Shown here one piece after another: positions 1-7,068 of a stretch of 32,000 bases of DNA (position 1 is its first letter; every line of letters begins with the position of its first letter). The stretch is from Candidatus Thalassarchaeaceae archaeon (GTDB lineage Archaea; Thermoplasmatota; Poseidoniia; Poseidoniales; Thalassarchaeaceae). The stretch spans positions 1,110,001-1,142,000 of the forward strand of contig JBJLBP010000001.1 in assembly GCA_045568075.1 (NCBI GenBank). Direction: 5' to 3'. The notes beneath the pieces are model-generated. The model was not told the DNA's origin, made no database searches, and saw nothing but the letters and a program-made list of their open reading frames with translations. Both the position numbers and the translations under genes were made by a program.

Positions 1-1
1 A

Positions 2-1021
2 GGCATGGACGCTCTAACTGGTGAAAGAGACCTGTTAATTCAACTCGAACGACTAGATAATCGGCTAGCTTGGACTACGAATGTCGTCACTCCCGAGGGC
101 ACCTCGAACCCACGGCCATCTTACGATGGGTTGTATCCAATTCTACGCGATGCGATTGAGGCCGATACGTCATTCGGTGAAACATACCACATCGGAGTCT
201 TCGATGGGGCTGTAGGTATCACTGATGGATTCGCCGAAGGCGACTTGGCTCTAGCTATCGGCTCATTGCTTGCAAACGATACCATCGGTGAGCCGATACG
301 AGGTCAGAGCTGGGGTGAGCGGACGGCGATGCATGTGGCTTTGACAAAAGATGGCAATGCGCTGCAATTCCTTAGGATGCGCGTTGATGTCACGGCCCAG
401 AATAGCGAAGAAACTGCTGGATTAGTTGAACAATTCAAAGAATTTGAGAGCGATTTAGAGGCTGCTACTGGGGCTCGAGTTCATCTCAGTGGTGACTTGA
501 TCCTAGTTCACAATGTGCTGTCTGGATTGGTTCTTTCTCAAGTTGAATCGACCGCATTCAGCCTTGCTGTCTCGCTTGTGGTGCTGGTCGCACTTACCCG
601 ACGTATTGGGCCTTCACTGGTGGTTATTCTGCCCGTTGGACTCGCTGGGACTTGGGTTGTCGGTGCGATGGCCGTGCTAGGCATCAATTGGAATGTTCTG
701 ACTGTGATGATTACCGCACTCACGATAGGACTTGGAATTGATTACTCGATTCACGTCTGGCGACGATTCGAGGCGAATCGTGATTCGGGTATGGGGACTT
801 GGGCAGCGATGCGTGACATGTACTCGACTACCGGTGCATCGCTGATTATGTCCGCTGGCACCACTATCTGTGGGTTCATGGTACTGCTTCTCTCACCAGT
901 TCCGGTGATCAAGGACTTTGGATTAGTCAGTTCGATTTCTGTGGCATTCTCACTTGTCCTTGCCTTACTTGTCCTCCCTGGGCTCTTAGCGGCAGAGGTT
1001 CGAACATCGAACGGCAACTGA
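2..1021 (+). CDS. RND-superfamily (MMPL/COG1033-type) exporter, C-terminal part; 5' end lies outside the window
   Basis: The reading frame is open to the window edge. A soluble loop is followed by a block of hydrophobic helices carrying the MMPL/RND-like signature ALTIGLGIDYSIHVWRRF. Stop at 1019-1021. Confidence 0.7.
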   Translation, partial: GMDALTGERDLLIQLERLDNRLAWTTNVVTPEGTSNPRPSYDGLYPILRDAIEADTSFGETYHIGVFDGAVGITDGFAEGDLALAIGSLLANDTIGEPIRGQSWGERTAMHVALTKDGNALQFLRMRVDVTAQNSEETAGLVEQFKEFESDLEAATGARVHLSGDLILVHNVLSGLVLSQVESTAFSLAVSLVVLVALTRRIGPSLVVILPVGLAGTWVVGAMAVLGINWNVLTVMITALTIGLGIDYSIHVWRRFEANRDSGMGTWAAMRDMYSTTGASLIMSAGTTICGFMVLLLSPVPVIKDFGLVSSISVAFSLVLALLVLPGLLAAEVRTSNGN

Positions 1022-1078
1022 TTTCTCTCTCATTCAGCCTCAAGTTCACGTATTACCCAAAGATAGGGGCTGGGCTGG

Positions 1079-1744
1079 TTATTGTGCAGCGCGGTCAATC
1101 GCTGAAGATACGCGCTGCATATCGAGTCCTTGTTCGCGAGCGACTAGAGCGAGTGCCATCCAAAGCGTGACGGGACCGAGGGCTCGACGTTTGCGCTGAG
1201 CACGACGGACGACTTCCTTATTCTCGAGACCTGATTCACGTGCGATGATATCGATTAGCACTGGAATACTTCCTTCCGCCCGGTCAACAGGGTGTGCCTG
1301 ACGGGTTGCTTGGCCCGGTGAGGAAGCAGAACTTTGTCTATTTACAACTGGACGAGCAAAACTTCGTTCATCTGCTATCTGATTTGTCGGCTGCTCGGCC
1401 CTCGAACCCACCTGTGGTTTGGAGAAAGTTGCATTGGTTTGCGAGACTTTCGGTGGCGGTAACGCCTCGCAAGATGGCGGATTTAACATTCGACGAGTGA
1501 TTGGACGCCAGCCGAGACCTGGAATTGTCAATTCGACACCGGGCGCGAGGCTCAATCCACCATCATCAGTAGCCATCCAACCAGCCGCACCTAAGGCATC
1601 GACAATTCTCTCTGCATCTTCAGGCAAAAACCACTGCATTTCGAGTGACCACAAGCGGATTACATCAGTGCGAGAGACGACTGAATCGCCGACTCCATCG
1701 AAGATTGTGTAAAGCAGTCGGGAGATATCGGTCTGCTCGCTCAT
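1079..1744 (-). CDS. DUF2240-like conserved archaeal protein (function unknown)
   Basis: ATG at 1744. The N-terminal segment (LWSLEMQWFLPEDAERIVDALGAAGWM) and the C-terminal helical segment (GPVTLWMALALVAREQGLDM) resemble the two conserved blocks I recall for DUF2240, joined by a low-complexity linker. Confidence 0.5.
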   Translation of the reverse strand: MSEQTDISRLLYTIFDGVGDSVVSRTDVIRLWSLEMQWFLPEDAERIVDALGAAGWMATDDGGLSLAPGVELTIPGLGWRPITRRMLNPPSCEALPPPKVSQTNATFSKPQVGSRAEQPTNQIADERSFARPVVNRQSSASSPGQATRQAHPVDRAEGSIPVLIDIIARESGLENKEVVRRAQRKRRALGPVTLWMALALVAREQGLDMQRVSSAIDRAAQ

Positions 1745-1945
1745 GTTCTCCCCTTGACTCTGTTAGTGTTACTCCGCTTGAGGCTTGCCCGTCACTAAGT
1801 CCGCTACTAGTTTAGTTGACAATCCTAGACCACCGAATTGAAACTGATTAGAGTTCGGCGGAATATAGAATTGCGAATTGGCTACAAAAACGAGAACGCG
1901 AGAACAGTCGATTGAAGAAGCACCGTGCTCTCCGGCCCCTCCGAT

Positions 1946-3241
1946 ATGGCCCGAGATTACATCGCTCGCGACCCAAAAACGGGTCGTCCAATCAGTCAAC
2001 GCCGAAAGGCGAAACAGGCTGATATTCGCTCTATGTTGCCTGCGAGTGGGACATGGGAACGCATCCCCCGCAGGGATATTATCCCCCTCGCTTCAGGTGA
2101 AGTGAAGTTAGTTGAAATTCCTCGTTCCGAGGGTGGTGGATTAGCACGCAGAATTGATGGGATTCTCGCTTTGAATCGAGTATTTGGAAGCAGTGTACCG
2201 GCTGCGCACCTAGCATTGTGCGAGGCACTCGACGACGACGAGGGTGTGATCAGAATCGCTGCACTGAATGCCATGCCCTCATTCGCAATCAAGATGCATG
2301 ATGATCTGTTCATGTATCTCTCAGACAGGTTGCTTGAGGATAATCAACACGTGCGGCAAGCAGCCCGAATCTGTCTGCGTAAAGTCGCACCCGTATTCCC
2401 ATCCGGGTGCGAGGAAATTCTTCGTCGCGAGCTGCGTGACGAACGCAAGGAACATCGTAATGATGCATTCGCCACCCTTCAAGATACGGCAAAGAACTGG
2501 GTCGAGACCGGTTGTCTGCACCTAGACGAATTGATTCGCGAAGAAGAGGTCGATCTAAGGCGGCGCGCGGCGAAGATTCTTCGAACCATCACTACCAAGG
2601 GTGGCGCGACCGGTTGGGACCTAATCACCTGGTCGCTACAAGACGAAGATGCACAGGTTCGCCGTTATGCTTCGGCCTGCCTTCCTGCATTAGCCAACTC
2701 AGAATCTCGTGTAGCTGTAATTCTTGTCGAAGCCTCGATGTTTGACGAGGACACCGGTGTGCGAAAGAACATCATTCGCACGCTCAAAACTCTCGACATG
2801 CAGAGCCCTCGCGTTGCCCAACTCATCCAAGACGGCGCCCGAGACAGAGATCCCGGGCTGCGCAAGGCATGTATCGATCAACTCTCGATTATTCTCAGCG
2901 GCGAACGCCTGCTCGAAGTGGCTGCTGAGTTATTGAGACAAGAGACGATTCCGGAGTTGAGGACAAGATTGGAGAGGCTTGCCAGAGACGTAGACTGGGA
3001 GGGTACTGAAGATGAGAAGAACCGAACCCTAGCGCCTCTAGATAAGGTTCCGGAAGAGTTCGTTGAACAACCAGCTCCCGGAGTCCCTCCCACACCCACG
3101 CTAGAGGATGAAATGGGACCTCCGCCGGGAGACTTAGACACCTCCACACCACGTAGTGGTGAGGCGAAGCCCATCAGTGAAGGTCATAAACAGGAGTCAG
3201 GTCGGCGGGCCGCGAGGAATGAAGATGAGCGAGACTTTTGA
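1946..3241 (+). CDS. HEAT/PBS-lyase-type repeat protein with proline-rich acidic C-terminus
   Basis: Repeated helical units each carry a conserved Val-Arg (HVRQAARICL, AQVRRYASACL, TGVRKNIIRTL, PGLRKACIDQL). The ORF opens at GTG 1925; the first ATG is at 1946. Confidence 0.6.
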   Translation: MARDYIARDPKTGRPISQRRKAKQADIRSMLPASGTWERIPRRDIIPLASGEVKLVEIPRSEGGGLARRIDGILALNRVFGSSVPAAHLALCEALDDDEGVIRIAALNAMPSFAIKMHDDLFMYLSDRLLEDNQHVRQAARICLRKVAPVFPSGCEEILRRELRDERKEHRNDAFATLQDTAKNWVETGCLHLDELIREEEVDLRRRAAKILRTITTKGGATGWDLITWSLQDEDAQVRRYASACLPALANSESRVAVILVEASMFDEDTGVRKNIIRTLKTLDMQSPRVAQLIQDGARDRDPGLRKACIDQLSIILSGERLLEVAAELLRQETIPELRTRLERLARDVDWEGTEDEKNRTLAPLDKVPEEFVEQPAPGVPPTPTLEDEMGPPPGDLDTSTPRSGEAKPISEGHKQESGRRAARNEDERDF

Positions 3242-3509
3242 TGAGAAGCTCGAACAATTCGAGCGGCTCTGGGACGGCGTCACGCCGAAGGGGATCAACC
3301 GTACCAAATCCCTGAAGTTCCGCCAGTACATGCGCCAACACGTACTCCAGAAGTACCACAAGAGGCGCAAGGAACAATTCTCGAGCGCTGATAAGGGACA
3401 CTACAACCACAGCTTCTCGAGCAAGGATCAGTATCTCACTAAGGAGAACTGCCGAAAGTACTGGATGGGAGAACTGCAGAAGGAAATCAGCGATTCTGAG
3501 TCCTTCTGA
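3219..3509 (+). CDS. small basic hypothetical protein
   Basis: In-frame ATGs at 3219 and 3225 overlap the end of the HEAT gene by ~20 nt. The gene ends 9 nt before the helicase ATG. Lys/Arg-rich, with no family recognised. Confidence 0.45.
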   Translation: MKMSETFDEKLEQFERLWDGVTPKGINRTKSLKFRQYMRQHVLQKYHKRRKEQFSSADKGHYNHSFSSKDQYLTKENCRKYWMGELQKEISDSESF

Positions 3510-3518
3510 GGCGATTGA

Positions 3519-4943
3519 ATGAGTTCAGCCGCAACGGCATTCACTGATTGGGACCTCGATGAGGCTATCGCGTCAGCCCTCGCAGGTAAGGGGTGGACAA
3601 CTCCTACTGAGATTCAAGTCGAAGCGATTCCAGTTGCTCGCCAAGGTCGAGACGTGGTCGGACAGGCTCGCACAGGCAGCGGCAAAACCGCTGCCTTCGG
3701 AATTCCAATTATCGAGAAGTGTGAGGCGACCGGGATACCTCAAGCGATCATTCTCTGCCCCACCCGCGAGCTCGCGGTGCAGGTCGCCGAGGAGATCAGT
3801 TGGGTTCAGGGCGATTCGGGACTCGCCATTCAGACTGTGTACGGTGGCACAGACATCGAGAAGCAAGCCAAGGAATTGGATGATGGTGCTGATATCATCG
3901 TTGGAACTCCTGGTCGCGTCATCGACATGTCGAAACGCGGCCATCTCAAACTCGGCCAAATCACTCATTTCTGTTTGGACGAAGCAGACCGAATGCTCGA
4001 CATGGGATTCTTCCCAGACGTGCTTTGGATCTTCGATCAAATGCCTGCGCGTGAGCAGACGCTCTTGTTCAGCGCTACCTTCCCACAGGAAGTTCTCGAC
4101 GCAGCTGAGGAATTCATGCACGAACCAGTCTTCGTTATGAGCGACAATCTTGAGGTCGAAATCCCCGAGATTGACCAATTCGCTGTTCGCATCGGAAGAG
4201 GCAACAAACTCTGGGTTCTTGGCCGAATCATCGCCAATATGGATGATAACGATCAGATGCTCATCTTCACCAATACCAAGCGTATGGTTGAGTTGCTCGA
4301 AGAACGCTTGAGCAAATTTGGCATGAAAGCAACCGGAATGCACGGTGACAAGGCTCAGAATCGCCGTGAAAAGATTCTCGATTCACTCCGTGATGGCACT
4401 ACTCGAATCGTAGTCGCCACCGACGTTGCAGCGCGCGGAATCGATGTCGACGGAATCACCTATGTGGTCAATTACGACCTTCCAATCGATACCGAATCCT
4501 ACGTGCACCGCATCGGCCGCACCGGCCGAATGGGTCGCTCAGGACAAGCTTGGTCCCTCGTTTCCAAGGAGGACATCGGTGCATTAGACAAGATTTCCAA
4601 CACTTGGAATCTCGAGATTCCTTACGTCGAAGCACCTGCACTCCCTGATGGAATGACCCGTGACCCTGTACGCAGGCGTGAAGATTGGTCTGAAGTCACC
4701 GATCCATTCGGAATGGTCACCGTCTCTCTCGAAGTTGGAAAGAATGCGGCGACCAAGCGCGCACTGGCCGACTGGATTGTTAGCGAAGCACGCATCCCTG
4801 AAATCGCTCTAGGCGAAATCGCAATGGAAGAGGGCTCCTCAACTGTGCAAATTCACGTCGACAAGGCCTCTTACGTGATAGATGTCATCAAGAAGCGTGA
4901 ATTCGACGGAAGTTCGTTGAATCCTACCATCATTGGAGCATGA
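3519..4943 (+). CDS. DEAD-box ATP-dependent RNA helicase with C-terminal DbpA-like RNA-binding extension
   Basis: All canonical motifs are present: Q (TPTEIQ), I (ARTGSGKTAAF), Ia (PTRELA), Ib (TPGR), II (DEAD), III (SAT) and VI (HRIGRTGRMG). A GAGG motif lies upstream of the ATG. Confidence 0.93.
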   Translation: MSSAATAFTDWDLDEAIASALAGKGWTTPTEIQVEAIPVARQGRDVVGQARTGSGKTAAFGIPIIEKCEATGIPQAIILCPTRELAVQVAEEISWVQGDSGLAIQTVYGGTDIEKQAKELDDGADIIVGTPGRVIDMSKRGHLKLGQITHFCLDEADRMLDMGFFPDVLWIFDQMPAREQTLLFSATFPQEVLDAAEEFMHEPVFVMSDNLEVEIPEIDQFAVRIGRGNKLWVLGRIIANMDDNDQMLIFTNTKRMVELLEERLSKFGMKATGMHGDKAQNRREKILDSLRDGTTRIVVATDVAARGIDVDGITYVVNYDLPIDTESYVHRIGRTGRMGRSGQAWSLVSKEDIGALDKISNTWNLEIPYVEAPALPDGMTRDPVRRREDWSEVTDPFGMVTVSLEVGKNAATKRALADWIVSEARIPEIALGEIAMEEGSSTVQIHVDKASYVIDVIKKREFDGSSLNPTIIGA

Positions 4944-4954
4944 GGTGAAGTTTC

Positions 4955-5401
4955 ATGGCGGTCATCAACCGCTCAGATTTGACTTGCCCTGAATGTGGGC
5001 ACAGTGTCACTCTTGAGATGCCTAACGACCAGTGCATCTTCTTCCACGAATGCACTGAGTGCAAGAAGATCCTACGTCCGAAAGAAGGTGATTGCTGCGT
5101 ATTTTGCTCCTATGGAGACGTAGTCTGCCCACCTATTCAGGCCGGTAACGATTGTTGCTCTCCAACCTCAGTAGATGAGACGCCGGTTCGACGCCTCGAT
5201 CTATTGGGGTTCTTCTGTCCGATTCCCGTCCATGAGACTCGCAAAGCGATGGTCGAAATGGAGATAGGCCAAGTCATCGAGGTCATCGGTGACGACCCAG
5301 AGACTTTGCACGATTTACCAGCACTGTGTGAGCGAATAGAAGCTAAACTTCTCAGCGTGACGGAAGAGGCTGGAGAGTACACTTTCCGCATCCGTAAATG
5401 A
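4955..5401 (+). CDS. fusion protein: N-terminal Cys-rich GDCCVxC-type metal-binding domain plus C-terminal TusA/SirA-like sulfur-carrier domain
   Basis: The N-terminus has CPECG...CTECK...GDCCVFCSYGDVVCPP. The C-terminus has the TusA CPxP motif (FFCPIPV) and the typical alpha/beta pattern. A GAGGTGA Shine-Dalgarno motif lies 6 nt upstream of the ATG. Confidence 0.7.
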   Translation: MAVINRSDLTCPECGHSVTLEMPNDQCIFFHECTECKKILRPKEGDCCVFCSYGDVVCPPIQAGNDCCSPTSVDETPVRRLDLLGFFCPIPVHETRKAMVEMEIGQVIEVIGDDPETLHDLPALCERIEAKLLSVTEEAGEYTFRIRK

Positions 5402-5450
5402 ATCTCGTTCGCGGATGGGTTCTTGATGGCTCGTCAAGTCGAAGACTTCG

Positions 5451-6086
5451 ATGACTGTGCCAAAGAGGCCCATCGACTTGCACGAGATGGAGGATATCCC
5501 CGCGGATGCTCGACTTCCTACATCCCAAGGCGATTTCCGCATCCGAGTATTCCACGAAGAGACGACGCAACTCGATCATGTCGCCTTGACACTGGGTGAT
5601 ATGAAGGGTCCAGACCCGGTCCTCGTCCGAGTACATTCCGAGTGCCTCACAGGTGATGCATTTGGTAGCCTGCGCTGCGATTGCGGGCCTCAGCTTGAGA
5701 CTGCTTTAGCTCGCATACAAGAGGTTGGTTGGGGTTGCCTAGTATACCTTCGACAGGAAGGCCGCGGAATAGGTCTGCATGCCAAAATACAGGCCTATAA
5801 TTTGCAAGATCAGGGAGCAGACACCCTCGATGCCAATCTCTTACTTGGACATCCAGCCGATGCCCGCGACTACCGAATTGCTGCAAAAATTCTGCGAGAA
5901 GTCGGAATCGACAAGGTTTGTTTGCTAACGAATAATCCAGATAAGATAATCCAATTACAAGCATTGGATATCGATGTAGTAGAGAGTATGCCACTAGTTG
6001 CTGGGGTAGGCGATGATAATCGAGAATACCTCATCACCAAGGTAGAACGAATGGGGCACTCAATCAACACAGATGAGTTGAACTGA
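5451..6086 (+). CDS. ribA: GTP cyclohydrolase II (riboflavin biosynthesis)
   Basis: Full-length match by eye to RibA, including the zinc and catalytic signature VHSECLTGDAFGSLRCDCGPQL and LRQEGRGIGL...NNPDK. Confidence 0.9.
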   Translation: MTVPKRPIDLHEMEDIPADARLPTSQGDFRIRVFHEETTQLDHVALTLGDMKGPDPVLVRVHSECLTGDAFGSLRCDCGPQLETALARIQEVGWGCLVYLRQEGRGIGLHAKIQAYNLQDQGADTLDANLLLGHPADARDYRIAAKILREVGIDKVCLLTNNPDKIIQLQALDIDVVESMPLVAGVGDDNREYLITKVERMGHSINTDELN

Positions 6087-6113
6087 TTCGAAAAATTCGA
6101 CTCTTGTTGTGGC

Positions 6114-6761
6114 TTAGATTATCTTGGCTGCAGTAAGGAATATCCTCGGGTCAGGGAAGTTTTCACAATATTGGTAGGCATACGAGACGCGGACTGTGCC
6201 GGAGTGGTCCAAGAGGAACTCAGCAGTGGACATCCACGGATTGTCGACGAGGGGGCGGTTAATGGCGCGGCGGGCCTCTTGGAAGCCGAGTCCAATCTCC
6301 TTCGAGTGACACCAAGTTTCCTCAGGAGCATCGTAGAGAACCTGTTCGACACCGAAATTTGCGAGCCCATAGGCGCTGTAAGCCTCAAACTCCGGATCAC
6401 AGAGAATGGGGCAAGTGATACCATACTTTTCCCGATATGCCGCGGCACGCTCGGGTTCGCCCTGACCGATTATGACAGGATTGATTCCGGCGGCCATATA
6501 ATCGGCATATTCGTCATTGAGTCTTGACGAACGATCTAGGCCACACCCGCAACCGAAGTGGCGCCAAAACATCAACAGAACCGGACCGTCTGACCAGTAT
6601 GATGACAGTCGGCGTGAGGCGCCGGTGTGATCAAGCAACTCAAGGTCTGGTGCGCTGGTGCCAGGACCGAGGAGTTTCGAACGTTTGTCCCCAGGTCCGG
6701 CCACCCAAATTTCGAGCCATTCTTTCTCAGCGGCTTCTGTCAGTCCATCGGTTGATTCCAT
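6114..6761 (-). CDS. peroxiredoxin-like (AhpC/TSA_2, PRX-like2) thioredoxin-fold protein
   Basis: APDLELLDHTG...GPVLLMFWRHFGCGCG followed by a thioredoxin-fold pattern. ATG at 6761. Confidence 0.65.
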   Translation of the reverse strand: MESTDGLTEAAEKEWLEIWVAGPGDKRSKLLGPGTSAPDLELLDHTGASRRLSSYWSDGPVLLMFWRHFGCGCGLDRSSRLNDEYADYMAAGINPVIIGQGEPERAAAYREKYGITCPILCDPEFEAYSAYGLANFGVEQVLYDAPEETWCHSKEIGLGFQEARRAINRPLVDNPWMSTAEFLLDHSGTVRVSYAYQYCENFPDPRIFLTAAKII

Positions 6762-6885
6762 ACCTAATCTAGGCGGCTTTCTGAAAATAAAGATTTAGGT
6801 GGCTTTATGCACATCGATTACCGTTTGAATATCACTCATAGTTGAATTTACAAGTCCATTTTCTACAATCGAATAGAAGAGAAAA

Positions 6886-6961
6886 TGGGGCCGTGGCCGG
6901 GACTTGAACCCGGGCCGGCGGGACCACAACCCACCGTGCTAACCGCTACACTACCACAGCC
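6886..6961 (-). tRNA. tRNA-His (anticodon GTG) with genomically encoded G-1 and CCA
   Basis: Hand-folded cloverleaf. Acceptor stem GCTGTGG/CCACGGC, with an extra 5' G opposite discriminator C73 (a His identity element). Anticodon stem GTGGG/CCCGC with loop TTGTGGT. T-arm CCGGG-TTCAAGT-CCCGG. A T-rich tract follows the CCA end. Confidence 0.9.
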
Positions 6962-6987
6962 GTATGCAAGCGGGCCACCGACAGACC

Positions 6988-6996
6988 GTATTTCAA
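6988..6996 (-). promoter_or_regulatory. putative archaeal TATA-like box for tRNA-His
   Basis: TTGAAATAC lies 26 nt upstream of the tRNA 5' end. The identical 9-mer lies 24 nt upstream of tRNA-Glu. Confidence 0.4.
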
Positions 6997-7068
6997 GCGT
7001 TCCGCGTGATGAAGGCGAGACGCTGGTGACCAACGGATTGAAGCGCTGCTCTCGGCCGTTGCAACTCG

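Noticed and set aside
3559-4343. Long overlapping ORFs (193 aa plus strand, 256 aa minus strand) inside the helicase locus
   Set aside because: The 3519-4943 frame carries every DEAD-box motif. The alternative frames have no recognisable features and are typical shadow ORFs in GC-moderate DNA.
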